Positions 16,918-25,841 of a DNA stretch of 64,000 bases are shown here, piece by piece; within the stretch, counting starts at the first letter, position 1; the number at the start of each line of letters is the position of its first letter. The stretch lies in NCBI GenBank assembly GCA_003482905.1, contig DMXM01000036.1, positions 117,201-181,200 of the forward strand. The letters run 5' to 3'. Both the position numbers and the translations under genes were made by a program. The notes beneath the pieces are model-generated. The model searched no databases. It saw only the letters and a program-made list of their open reading frames with translations, and had not been told where the DNA came from. This DNA comes from Elusimicrobiota bacterium (lineage in GTDB: Bacteria > Elusimicrobiota > Elusimicrobia > Elusimicrobiales > UBA9959).

Positions 16918-18453
16918 ATGTTATCCAAGTTGCGCACATTATGTCTTAAAGGCATAGACGGCAGGGAGGTAAGCGCCGAGGTCTACATTGCCCCGGGCCT
17001 GCCCGCCTATACCGTGGTGGGCCTGCCAGACGCCGCCGTAAAAGAGGCGAAGGACCGGGTGGTGGCCGCCGTGCGCAATTCCGGCTACGAGTTCCCCTCA
17101 AAACGTATAACCGTCAACCTGGCCCCGGCGGAGATAAAAAAGTCCGGCACGCATTTCGACCTGCCCATAGCCCTGGGCGTGCTGGCCGCCTCCGGCAAGC
17201 TCGGAAAGAAGCCTCCGGCGCGCATGGAAGATACATTCTTCATAGGAGAACTTGCATTGGACGGCGCCGTACGGCCGGTGGCGGGAGTTCTCCCCATGCT
17301 GCTGGCGCTGAAGGGTTCCGGGAAAACTGCCGTCGTTCCGGTCGGAAATTCCGCGGAGGCCGCCGTTTCCGGCGTAGCCTGCCTGGCCGCCTCCTCCCTA
17401 AAAGAAGCCGCTGCCTGGCTTGCCGGCGCCGGGGAACTGAACCCCTGCGCCCCGGCCCCTGAACATAAGCCATCCCCATTCCAGGCGCCGGACCTTTGCG
17501 AGGTGAAGGGACAGGTCTTCGCCAAGCGGGCACTGGAAATAGCCGCGGCCGGTTTTCACAACGTTATTATGGTGGGGCCGCCCGGCGCCGGCAAGAGCAT
17601 GCTGGCCCGCCGCTTCGGCGCGCTGCTCCCGCCGATGACCTTCGACGAGTCCCTGGAGACTACCAAGCTCTATTCCGTCAGCGGGCAGGGCGCGGCCGGG
17701 CGCCTTGTGAGCGAGCGGCCTTTCAGGGAACCGCACCATACAATTTCCGACGCCGCGCTTATAGGGGGCGGCTCCAGCCCCAGGCCGGGAGAAGTTTCCC
17801 TGGCGCACAACGGCGTACTTTTCCTGGACGAATTTCCGGAATTCTCCCGCCCGGCCATAGAGGCCCTGCGCGAGCCGCTGGAGGTCTGGAAAGTCACGGT
17901 TTCCAGGGTAAAGGAGAGCGTGGCCTACCCTGCGCGTTTCCTGATGGTCGCCGCCATGAACCCTTGCCCCTGCGGTTATCTCGGCCACCCCACCCGGGAG
18001 TGCGCCTGTACGCCGCTGCAGGTACACAAGTATCGCGCCAAGATTTCCGGCCCCATCCTGGACCGTATAGACCTGCATGTGCAGCTGTCGGCCGTTAAAT
18101 ATGCCGACTGGGAGGCTCTGCCGAAAGGGGAACCGACGGCGGACATAGCGGGGCGGGTGATGAAGGCTATAGAGATACAGCGGCAGAGATTTAAAGGGGA
18201 AACGCGCGCCAACGCATTTATGGCCGGCGCCGAGCTGCGCAGGCATTGCGTGCTGCCGGAGGGGGCCTCGGCCGTGCTTGAGACGGCCATGAACAAACTG
18301 GGCTTCTCCGCCCGCTCCCTGGATAAAATACTTAAGGTCTCAAGGACCATAGCGGACCTGGAGGGCCAGTCCGACATAAAGCGGGAGCACGTGATTGAGG
18401 CGGTGCAGTACAGGATGCTGGACAAGGCCGCGGAACTGCCGGCTGGGATCTGA
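16918..18453 (+). CDS. comM: YifB/ComM family Mg-chelatase-like AAA+ ATPase
   Basis: 511 aa. N-terminal Lon-protease-like domain, Walker A GPPGAGKSMLA, GVLFLDEFPEF, and C-terminal ChlI-like region. Confidence 0.9.
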   Translation: MLSKLRTLCLKGIDGREVSAEVYIAPGLPAYTVVGLPDAAVKEAKDRVVAAVRNSGYEFPSKRITVNLAPAEIKKSGTHFDLPIALGVLAASGKLGKKPPARMEDTFFIGELALDGAVRPVAGVLPMLLALKGSGKTAVVPVGNSAEAAVSGVACLAASSLKEAAAWLAGAGELNPCAPAPEHKPSPFQAPDLCEVKGQVFAKRALEIAAAGFHNVIMVGPPGAGKSMLARRFGALLPPMTFDESLETTKLYSVSGQGAAGRLVSERPFREPHHTISDAALIGGGSSPRPGEVSLAHNGVLFLDEFPEFSRPAIEALREPLEVWKVTVSRVKESVAYPARFLMVAAMNPCPCGYLGHPTRECACTPLQVHKYRAKISGPILDRIDLHVQLSAVKYADWEALPKGEPTADIAGRVMKAIEIQRQRFKGETRANAFMAGAELRRHCVLPEGASAVLETAMNKLGFSARSLDKILKVSRTIADLEGQSDIKREHVIEAVQYRMLDKAAELPAGI

Positions 18454-18470
18454 AATAAACGGAGGCTTAC

Positions 18471-19619
18471 ATGCGGAACTTTACTTTTACGGCTTTAATT
18501 CTGTTCACGCCCGGCCGGGCCGCGGCGGCCTCCGCGGCGGACGCTCCGCAGGTCATAATGCCTTCGGAGAACAAGCCGGCCGTGGCGACGGCGCCGGTCA
18601 CTACGCAGGATTTTCCCCAGTTGGAGGAAGTACCGCTTTCGTCCAAGCCGGCCGAGGCCGTAGAACCGCCGGCGCCGGCCAAGCCCGTGCAAGCTGTTAA
18701 GTCCGCTGCCGCGCCCGCGGCCCCGGTCAAGCGCGCCGAAGAGGCGCCGCTTCCCGTTAAACCCGCCGTAGCGGTTAAGCCGGCGGCGGCTCCGGAAATT
18801 AAAAAGCCGGCGGAGCGGAAAAAGAAGGTTCTTCCTTCTACGCCTATCCCGCAGCCGGAGCCCAAGCCCGAGGGCGGCTTTACGGTGACCAAGACCCACA
18901 AAGTGACCGAGGGGGACACGCTTTGGGACCTTTCCGCGAAATACTACCAGGATCCTTTCAAATGGGGCAGGATATATAACGCGAACCTTAATGTGGTATC
19001 GAACCCCGACCTGATAAATCCGAAAGACGAACTGATCATACCGGAAATAACGGAAAGTGTCAGGCCCGAGACGCAAAAAACCGTGGTGGCAGGTGAGGGG
19101 GATACCGTAAAGGACGCGGAACTCTTCAGCTCGGAGGTGGCCCAGCCCGAGGCGGCGGAGGCCGCGCCGGTCGAGCCGCCCGCGCCCGCTAAGACGGCCG
19201 CGGCGGAGGCTAGCGACGCGTTGGCCGGTTTTGACCGCGAGTATATGTCCGAGGACATGCCGGAACATCAGAAGGAATGGGACTCCGGCGTGAAGGTAGT
19301 GCCGGACGGCTGGCGCGAGGACGGCGTCATCAGCGCCAAGGAAAAAGGCGACGGTGACGGTATGGACGACGGCCTTTCCATGGACGGAGAGATACTTGGT
19401 ATTTCCATGGCCAGGCCAGGCCTGGTTAAAAAGGGAGACTATCTCGCAGTTTACATGAAAGGAACTGACGCCTATGACAAGGCCGGCCGCAGGCTGGGCC
19501 GCGAGGTGCAGGCGGCCGGCATGCTAGAGGTGCTGGAGTCCGAGGGCTCAAGGGTGAGGGCCAGGATAATAGATTCCGTTACTCCTATTTCAAAAGGGTA
19601 CGTCGTAAAGAAGAAGTAA
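18471..19619 (+). CDS. Secreted LysM peptidoglycan-binding protein with Pro/Ala-rich linker
   Basis: Signal peptide and PA-rich region. LysM motif HKVTEGDTLWDLSAKYYQDPFKWGRIYNANLNVVSNPDLINPKDELIIP. C-terminal beta-rich domain (KKGDYLAVY...GMLEVLESEGSRVRARII). Its position next to dprA recalls TsaP-type LysM proteins. Confidence 0.75.
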   Translation: MRNFTFTALILFTPGRAAAASAADAPQVIMPSENKPAVATAPVTTQDFPQLEEVPLSSKPAEAVEPPAPAKPVQAVKSAAAPAAPVKRAEEAPLPVKPAVAVKPAAAPEIKKPAERKKKVLPSTPIPQPEPKPEGGFTVTKTHKVTEGDTLWDLSAKYYQDPFKWGRIYNANLNVVSNPDLINPKDELIIPEITESVRPETQKTVVAGEGDTVKDAELFSSEVAQPEAAEAAPVEPPAPAKTAAAEASDALAGFDREYMSEDMPEHQKEWDSGVKVVPDGWREDGVISAKEKGDGDGMDDGLSMDGEILGISMARPGLVKKGDYLAVYMKGTDAYDKAGRRLGREVQAAGMLEVLESEGSRVRARIIDSVTPISKGYVVKKK

Positions 19620-19635
19620 GGGCTAAGGGGGAAGT

Positions 19636-20766
19636 ATGGGGGTGGACTTAGAGGAAGAGAAGCTGGCCCGGGTGCGGTTGAATTTTTTCGCCTGTCATAA
19701 AAGCGACTGGTTGCTGCGTCTTATCGATATGTACGGCGGAGCGGCCGAACTTTTAAAGCGGCCCCCGGCGGAATTAGCGGCCGGGGGCGGCGTGACGCTC
19801 GATACCGCCCTTCGCCTGGCCGCCCAGACGGCCGCCGCGGACCCGGAGAAAGAACTGCTGGCCGCCCAAAAGGCGGGCATTTCAGTTCTGACCGTCCTCG
19901 ACGAGGGCTATCCCGAACTCCTTAAAAAGATCTACGACCCGCCGCTGGTCATCTACGTGCGCGGGGAGCTGAAGCCGCAGCCAGCCGCGGGCATAGTGGG
20001 CACGCGCAAGGCCACCGCTTACGGCCTGCGCACGGCCGCCAGGCTGGCGCGGGAACTGGCCGGGGCCGGCGTGGCGGTGGCCAGCGGCCTGGCCAGGGGG
20101 ATTGATACGGCGGCGCACCAGGCGGCGCTGGAGGCAGGCGGGGTTACCTGGGCGGCGCTGGGGGCCGGCCTGAACGAAATTTATCCCTGGGAAAATAAAA
20201 AGCTGGCTGAAAGGATAGTCGAGGGGGGCGGGGCGCTGATCTCTGAATTCCCCCTGGACAAAGGTCCGCTGCAGGCCAATTTCCCCAGGCGCAACCGTAT
20301 AATTTCGGGGCTGTCGTTGGCTACCGTGGTGGTGGAGGGCGGTTTTGAGTCGGGCGCTCTTATTACGGCGCGCTTCGCGCTGGACCAGGGCAGGGAGGTA
20401 CTGGCGGTGCCGGGGCCGGTGGACTCCCCGGCGAGCCGGGGGCCTAATTTCTTTATTAAGAACGGCGCTTATCCGGCGGAGTGCGGCAACGATATTATTT
20501 CCTGCTTCCCCCCTGAAGCGATGTTCGGCCTGAAGCTTTCCGCCGGTGCGGAGGCCGAAAGCCCGTCGTCGGCGGCGCTGGGGGAGCTTTCTCCGGACGC
20601 GCTGCTGGCTTACAAGGCCATCGCCGGGGACGAGGCGGGGCTCAGCGCGGACGAGGTGACGCAGCGGCTGGCGTGGCGGGTGCAGCGGGCGGCGGCGGCG
20701 CTGTTCGAGCTTGAGGTTTCTTCGCTGGTCATCTCTAAAGGCGGCCGCTACTGCCGCTCTTCCTGA
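19636..20766 (+). CDS. dprA: DNA processing protein DprA (Smf)
   Basis: 376 aa. DprA Rossmann-like core IVGTRKATAYG and SGLARGIDTAAH...GVTWAALGAGL, plus a C-terminal winged-helix-like tail. Sits in dprA-topA synteny. Confidence 0.9.
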   Translation: MGVDLEEEKLARVRLNFFACHKSDWLLRLIDMYGGAAELLKRPPAELAAGGGVTLDTALRLAAQTAAADPEKELLAAQKAGISVLTVLDEGYPELLKKIYDPPLVIYVRGELKPQPAAGIVGTRKATAYGLRTAARLARELAGAGVAVASGLARGIDTAAHQAALEAGGVTWAALGAGLNEIYPWENKKLAERIVEGGGALISEFPLDKGPLQANFPRRNRIISGLSLATVVVEGGFESGALITARFALDQGREVLAVPGPVDSPASRGPNFFIKNGAYPAECGNDIISCFPPEAMFGLKLSAGAEAESPSSAALGELSPDALLAYKAIAGDEAGLSADEVTQRLAWRVQRAAAALFELEVSSLVISKGGRYCRSS

Positions 20767-20810
20767 GGCGGCTATTCATAAAATTCCGCCAAGACCGCGG
20801 GGGGTGAAGT

Positions 20811-20944
20811 CGGGCAACCCGGGGTATGGGCCCGTCGGGCACGGGGTCGGGACACACCGTGCCCGCCCCTCCTCTCTCGGCCTTCGCGCTTACGTAAGCT
20901 CAGGCCTCCGAGAGGGCCCGCCGAACCCATACCCCGGGCTGCCC
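20811..20944 (+). repeat. GC-rich structured intergenic repeat, copy 2 (divergent)
   Basis: The core GGGACACACCGTGCCCGCCCCTCCTCTCTCGGCCTTCGCGCTTACGTAAGCTCAGGCCTCCGAGAGGG aligns with the cores of copies 1 and 3. It has its own terminal inverted repeat, GGGCAACCCGGGGTATGGGCCCGTCGGG ... CCCGCCGAACCCATACCCCGGGCTGCCC. Confidence 0.6.
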
Positions 20945-21019
20945 TCCGGGCGAAATTTTAGTAATAGCCGCGCTTATTTTGCCTTATAAGGATAAAATAT
21001 AATATTATAGATATCTAAT

Positions 21020-23263
21020 ATGGCTGAAAAATTACCTAAAGTTAAAACCACTACTAAATCTATGGCTGAAAAAACTCCTAAGGTCGCCGCGGAAAAAACT
21101 CCCAAGGTTCTGGCTGAGAAGAAGCCCAAGGCCGCGAGGACCGGCTTGAAGCATCTTGTTATCGTAGAGTCTCCCACCAAGGAGAAGACGATAGGCCGCT
21201 TCCTCGATTCCGATTTTATCGTGCGCAGTTCTTTCGGGCACGTGCGCGACCTGCCCAAGGACGAGCTTGGCGTGGACGTGAAGGGTACGTTCGCGGCCAA
21301 GTACGTGCTGGTGGAGAGGGCCAAGAAGATAGTCGCCGAACTTAATACCATCGCCAAGAACGTGGACGTGGTTTACCTGGCCACCGACCCGGACCGCGAA
21401 GGCGAGGCCATCAGCTGGCATTTGAAAGAGGTGATAAAGGCGGGCGACGCCCCTTTCAAGCGCATCAGCTTCCATGAAATAACCAAGACCGCCATAGAGG
21501 AATCCCTTAAAAGCCCGCGCGACCTGGATATGGCGCTGGTGAACGCCCAGCAGTCCCGCCGCATCATAGACCGCATTGTGGGCTACAAGCTTTCCCCGCT
21601 GCTGTGGAGCAAGATCAAGAGCGGCCTGTCCGCCGGGCGCGTGCAGTCCGTCACCGTGCGCCTGATAGCTGAGCGCGCAAAGGAAATAGCGGCGTTCAAA
21701 GAAGAGGACTATTACACCGTTTACACCAGGCTGGCCAAGGGCGACTCCAAGGACTTCGACTCCAAGCTGGTGCGCTGGGAAGGCGCGCCGGTGGAGCAGA
21801 CCATCCTGCTGAAGCTTTTCGCCGAGGATTACCGTTATAAAACCTCGGTCTTCAAGAAGGTGGAAGACACGGTGGAGGCCGGCACGCATTTGCGCGGCTC
21901 CACGCTGAAGGTCTCCAAGGTGGACGCCAAGGCGGTGCGCCAGAAGCCCAAGCCGCCTTTCATCACCAGCACGCTGCAGCAGGACGCCTACAACAAACTT
22001 GGTTTCTCGTCGGACCGCACCATGAAGGTGGCGCAGAGCCTTTACGAAGGCGTGGAGCTGGAAGGCGAGCGCTCCGGTCTTATCACCTACATGCGTACGG
22101 ACTCCTTCAACGTGAGCGCCGACATGCAGAAAGAGGCCGCCAGGTTCATAACCGAGATCTACGGCAAGGACTTCTGCCCGGCCAAGCCGCCGACTTACCT
22201 TAAGAAGGTGAAGGGCGCCCAGGAAGCCCACGAGGCCATCCACCCCACCTCAGCCTATAAACGGCCGGAAGAAATGGGCAAGTTCCTCAACCCCGACCAG
22301 GCCAAGCTTTACGACCTTATCTGGCGCCGCTTCATGGCCAGCCAGATGGAAGAGGCCATCTTCGACTCCCTCAGCGTCGAATTCTCCGACGACAATAGCC
22401 GCGCCGTGCTGCGCACAAGCGGCCGCACTGTGAAGTTCGAGGGTTATTTGAAGATCTACATGGAGGAGAAAGAGGAAGAGGTGGCCGGCGAGGACGAAGA
22501 GGGCTCGGCCGCCCTGCCGCCCCTGAAAGAGGGGGACATTGTTACCCTTAAGGACGTCGTCACCAAGGCGCACAAGACCAGCCCTCCGCCAAATTACAAC
22601 GAGGCCAGTATCATTAAGACCCTGGAAAAGCACGGCATAGGCCGCCCCTCCACCTACGCCGTCATCATAAAGAACGTCGTGGACCGCGGCTATATCAACC
22701 GCGAGAAGGACAGGAAGCTGCTGATCACCGAACTGGGCGCGCTGGTGACGGAGAAGCTCAAGGATTTCTTCAAGGATATCATGGAGATCTCCTACACGGC
22801 CTCCATCGAGGACAAGCTGGACGATATAGCCGACGGCAACATGGACTGGGTCAAGTTCATGCAGGATTTCTACGGCCCCTTCGCTATCGAGCTGGCCACG
22901 GCGGAAAAGGATATGACCAAGTCCCGCCCGAACGTCATCAAGACCGACGAGAAGTGCCCGCTGTGCCTCAGCCCCATGGTGCAGCGCGAGAGCCGCTTTG
23001 GCAAGTACCTGTCGTGCTCGCGCTTCCCCAAGTGCAAAGGGAAAGTGCCGCTGGACAAAGAAGGCAACAAGCAGGATTACTTCGCGCCGATCAAGACCGA
23101 GAAGATCTGCGTCAAGTGCAACAAGAACGCCATGCTGCTCAGGAAGAGCGCCAGGGGCTATTTCCTGGCCTGTTCCGGCTTCCCCAAGTGCCGCAACATC
23201 GAGCCGCCCACGCCCGAAGAAGTGGAGAGGCTTATAAACTCAAGGCCCAAGCCGGCCCAGTAG
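21020..23263 (+). CDS. topA: DNA topoisomerase I
   Basis: 747 aa as drawn. TOPRIM (LVIVESPTKEKTIG), active-site region (GLITYMRTDS), and C-terminal Zn-ribbon repeats (CPLC...C..C; CVKC...C..C). The start is ambiguous: ATG at 21020 adds a 42-aa Lys-rich repeat extension, and an in-frame TTG at 21146 with a GAGGA SD would give the canonical MKHLVIVESP N-terminus. Confidence 0.95.
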   Translation: MAEKLPKVKTTTKSMAEKTPKVAAEKTPKVLAEKKPKAARTGLKHLVIVESPTKEKTIGRFLDSDFIVRSSFGHVRDLPKDELGVDVKGTFAAKYVLVERAKKIVAELNTIAKNVDVVYLATDPDREGEAISWHLKEVIKAGDAPFKRISFHEITKTAIEESLKSPRDLDMALVNAQQSRRIIDRIVGYKLSPLLWSKIKSGLSAGRVQSVTVRLIAERAKEIAAFKEEDYYTVYTRLAKGDSKDFDSKLVRWEGAPVEQTILLKLFAEDYRYKTSVFKKVEDTVEAGTHLRGSTLKVSKVDAKAVRQKPKPPFITSTLQQDAYNKLGFSSDRTMKVAQSLYEGVELEGERSGLITYMRTDSFNVSADMQKEAARFITEIYGKDFCPAKPPTYLKKVKGAQEAHEAIHPTSAYKRPEEMGKFLNPDQAKLYDLIWRRFMASQMEEAIFDSLSVEFSDDNSRAVLRTSGRTVKFEGYLKIYMEEKEEEVAGEDEEGSAALPPLKEGDIVTLKDVVTKAHKTSPPPNYNEASIIKTLEKHGIGRPSTYAVIIKNVVDRGYINREKDRKLLITELGALVTEKLKDFFKDIMEISYTASIEDKLDDIADGNMDWVKFMQDFYGPFAIELATAEKDMTKSRPNVIKTDEKCPLCLSPMVQRESRFGKYLSCSRFPKCKGKVPLDKEGNKQDYFAPIKTEKICVKCNKNAMLLRKSARGYFLACSGFPKCRNIEPPTPEEVERLINSRPKPAQ

Positions 23264-23278
23264 CGGCGAGGTCGTCGC

Positions 23279-23316
23279 AAAAAAATCCCGGGTCGAAAGA
23301 CCCGGGATTTTTTTTA
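23279..23316. terminator. Bidirectional rho-independent terminator between convergent topA and the amylase gene
   Basis: A7 run, 9-bp GC stem TCCCGGGTC / GACCCGGGA with a GAAA loop, then a T8 run. This gives a U-tract in both transcription directions. Confidence 0.8.
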
Positions 23317-23325
23317 AAGCTCCGG

Positions 23326-24768
23326 CTATTTGGACGCGCGGCTCCAGACGGCGTAGCGCTCGCCGCTGGCTTCCAGCGTCCAGCCATCGCCGGGCGCCCA
23401 GCTCCTGTTGCCAAGCTTCATCACCAGCTGTTTGTTCTTGCCGGCTATGGTGGCGGTGTACAGGCCGTTGCTGGCTGCCAGTACCTGTATGGGGCTGGTG
23501 GAAGTTATCCCGGCGCTCCTGCGCACCGCTATCAGTTTTGCGATGGCGTCGCGGTAAGCCGGGCCCCAGTCGAAAAAATGCGGCCAGAAGACGCAGGGGA
23601 TGCCGGGATGGGTCAGGATGTAGGCATAGCCCATCACGCGCTGGGCCTTATACTCGGCGGAGGCGTTCCGGATGAAATTGGGGTCGCGCGGGGAGGTGTC
23701 GTGGGATTCCACGTAGGTCACGGCCTTGGCCGGCCACCAGCCTATCACGCCTGAGGGGCGGCCGTTGTCGTTCAAGAGTTCGTAACGCTCGCTTTCCACC
23801 GCTCCCACCAGGGCGTAGCGCTGCGTAAAATCGAAAGCCGTGGAGGCGTTGGCGCGGCTTGGCGAGGAGTCGGTGCCGTCTATCCAGTTGGTGATCTGCT
23901 GGCGGTCCCCGTCGTAATATTCGCCCACGGTGAATACCGGGCTGGAGGCGGTGTTGTAATCCTCGATGTGGGACGGGGCGTAGCCCTTTACCATGTCGTA
24001 GCGCCAGCCGTCGAAACCTATGGTATGCTTGAGCCAGCGCATGAACACGCGGCTGTCTTCCTGCACTACGGGGTTGCGGTGGTCCAGGTCCCGGCAGCCG
24101 AAGTCGCCCTGGCCTTCGTCGCCGTAGATGGCGCGCGGCATGGCCGCGTAGGGGGGCTGGGCCCAGACCTCGTCGTCGTTGACTATAACGTCGGAGGACC
24201 AGTCGGGGGATTGGAAATCCAGCCAGTTGGCGCTGCCGTTGCGGTGGTTTAAAACTATGTCGGACAGAACCTTGATGCCGGACTTGTGCATAGCCTTGAC
24301 CGCCCCTATAAGGGCTTCCTTCTTCCCCCACTGCGAGTCAAGGTCGTACCACTCGCGTGGGTAATAGCTGCCCACCGAGACCGGCGGGAACCAGATCAGG
24401 TCGAAGCCGGCGGCGGCGATCTCGGGGGCTTTCCGGGAGAGCACGCCCCACCAGCCGCCCGCGGGGTGCTGCCAGTAATCGTCCGCGTACCAGTGAAAGC
24501 CCTGCAGCAGGATAAGTTCGCTGCCTGGCACGTCCAGGCGGCGCTGCGGAGGAGGGGTGAATAATTTGCTGGAATACTTCCTGACGGCGGCGTACCAGTC
24601 GGATTCGGCGGCCGTGAAGGTCCTTGCCGGTTCCGGGACGGGGAGGAACGCGGCGCCGGCCGCGGCTTTCAACTGGGCCGCTGCTGGCCGAAATTCTGCC
24701 GCGTAAATAAACGAATTAAAAAGAGAAAGGAACGTTAACGCCGCAAAGAGTCTGGTGAACCGCGTCAT
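23326..24768 (-). CDS. Secreted GH13 alpha-amylase (plant/archaeal-type, paralogue 1)
   Basis: 480 aa with a signal peptide. GH13 regions DIVLNHR, GWRYDMVKG, GEYYD and YVESHD, and a C-terminal beta-sandwich. Clear paralogue of 43778-45019. Confidence 0.9.
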   Translation of the reverse strand: MTRFTRLFAALTFLSLFNSFIYAAEFRPAAAQLKAAAGAAFLPVPEPARTFTAAESDWYAAVRKYSSKLFTPPPQRRLDVPGSELILLQGFHWYADDYWQHPAGGWWGVLSRKAPEIAAAGFDLIWFPPVSVGSYYPREWYDLDSQWGKKEALIGAVKAMHKSGIKVLSDIVLNHRNGSANWLDFQSPDWSSDVIVNDDEVWAQPPYAAMPRAIYGDEGQGDFGCRDLDHRNPVVQEDSRVFMRWLKHTIGFDGWRYDMVKGYAPSHIEDYNTASSPVFTVGEYYDGDRQQITNWIDGTDSSPSRANASTAFDFTQRYALVGAVESERYELLNDNGRPSGVIGWWPAKAVTYVESHDTSPRDPNFIRNASAEYKAQRVMGYAYILTHPGIPCVFWPHFFDWGPAYRDAIAKLIAVRRSAGITSTSPIQVLAASNGLYTATIAGKNKQLVMKLGNRSWAPGDGWTLEASGERYAVWSRASK

Positions 24769-24883
24769 GCCGTTTCTCCGTGCCTGTTTCAGGTGGATTA
24801 CATGGATATTATATCTGTTTATAAATATCCTGCCTAAGGGCCAAAAGACCTATAAGGGCCCCGCTAATTGCTAAAATTATGGC

Positions 24884-25792
24884 ATGAACCTCCTTGTTGA
24901 GCGATTCCTGCTGCACCTCAAGGCGCAGCGCAATTTCGCGCGTAATACCATAAAGGCCTACCAGTTCGACCTGGGCGAGTTCCTGGCCTATGCCTCCGCC
25001 AATAAAGCCGTCTCCCCGGCCGCCCTCGACCGCCTGCTGATGCGCGGCTATATATCCTTCATAAGCGAAAAAAAAGTTTCCCGCAACACCCTGCTGCGCA
25101 AGATCTCGGCCGTGCGGTCTTTCATGCATTACCTTCTGGAGACCGGCGCCCTGGAGACCGACCCCTTCGACCTTATTACCATCCCCAAGAAGGAAAAGCG
25201 CCTGCCGCGCTTTATGACCGAGGGTGAAGTGGGGCGGCTGCAGGACCATAACCGCCCCGAGGAAGTGAATGCCAGGGAAAAGAATTATTATTTCGCCCTG
25301 CGCGACTACGCCCTTTTCGAACTTGTCTATTCCAGCGGCCTGCGCCGCTCCGAGGCGGCCGGGATGAATATCGGCGACCTGGACCTGTTTTCCGGCTTCG
25401 CCCGCGTTACGGGCAAGGGCTCGCGGGAAAGGCTGGTGCCGGTGGGGGACAAAGCCCTGGCCGCCGTCAGGGAATACCTGGAGACCAGGCCGAAACCGCT
25501 GCTTCACGGCCTTCCGTTGTTCCTTAATCACAAGAACGCCCGGCTGACGGGCGCGGGCATAGCGCTGATATTTAAAAAAATGGCCAGGCGTGCCAGGTTC
25601 GCCAGGCCGATGAACCCGCATTCGGTGCGTCATTCCTTTGCCACGCACATGCTCGACCACGGCTGCGACCTGAAATCCGTGCAGGAGATGCTGGGGCATA
25701 AGAATTTGCAGACTACGGAGATATATACGCACGTGTCGCTGGAGCGCCTGAAAGAGGTTTACGACAAAGCCCACCCGAGGTCGAAAAAATGA
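24884..25792 (+). CDS. XerC/XerD-family tyrosine recombinase
   Basis: 302 aa. N-terminal SAM-like core-binding domain and the catalytic residues in context: LVYSSGLRRSE, HSVRHSFATHML, LGHKNLQTTEIYTHV. Confidence 0.85.
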   Translation: MNLLVERFLLHLKAQRNFARNTIKAYQFDLGEFLAYASANKAVSPAALDRLLMRGYISFISEKKVSRNTLLRKISAVRSFMHYLLETGALETDPFDLITIPKKEKRLPRFMTEGEVGRLQDHNRPEEVNAREKNYYFALRDYALFELVYSSGLRRSEAAGMNIGDLDLFSGFARVTGKGSRERLVPVGDKALAAVREYLETRPKPLLHGLPLFLNHKNARLTGAGIALIFKKMARRARFARPMNPHSVRHSFATHMLDHGCDLKSVQEMLGHKNLQTTEIYTHVSLERLKEVYDKAHPRSKK

Positions 25793-25793
25793 G

Positions 25794-25827
25794 GAGGTTC
25801 AACCTCCGAACAGCGAGGTTGAACCTC
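25794..25827 (+). terminator. Perfect 13-bp hairpin immediately after the recombinase stop (possible terminator or RNA stabiliser; no U-tract)
   Basis: GAGGTTCAACCTC - CGAACAGC - GAGGTTGAACCTC. It is followed by AGTTAAAC rather than a T-run. Confidence 0.4.
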
Positions 25828-25841
25828 AGTTAAACAACATC

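Noticed and set aside
22954-23754. A 266-aa plus-strand ORF crossing the end of topA, the bidirectional terminator and the amylase gene
   Set aside because: It overlaps topA out of frame, reads through a strong terminator, and is antisense to a well-supported amylase gene. It is spurious.
24790-24830. AT-rich segment GGTGGATTACATGGATATTATATCTGTTTATAAAT upstream of the XerC/D gene, considered as a dif site
   Set aside because: It shares only the flanking GGTG...TAAAT and a TATTAT core with the 28-bp dif consensus. The arm spacing is wrong (35 versus 28 nt) and the XerD-arm TTATGT is absent. A divergent promoter region is more likely.
24884-25792. The tyrosine recombinase as a marker of an integrated mobile element
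   Set aside because: The sequence is XerC/XerD-like over its full length. I saw no flanking tRNA, direct repeats, phage or conjugation genes, and no clear compositional island. I treat it as the chromosomal dimer-resolution recombinase.
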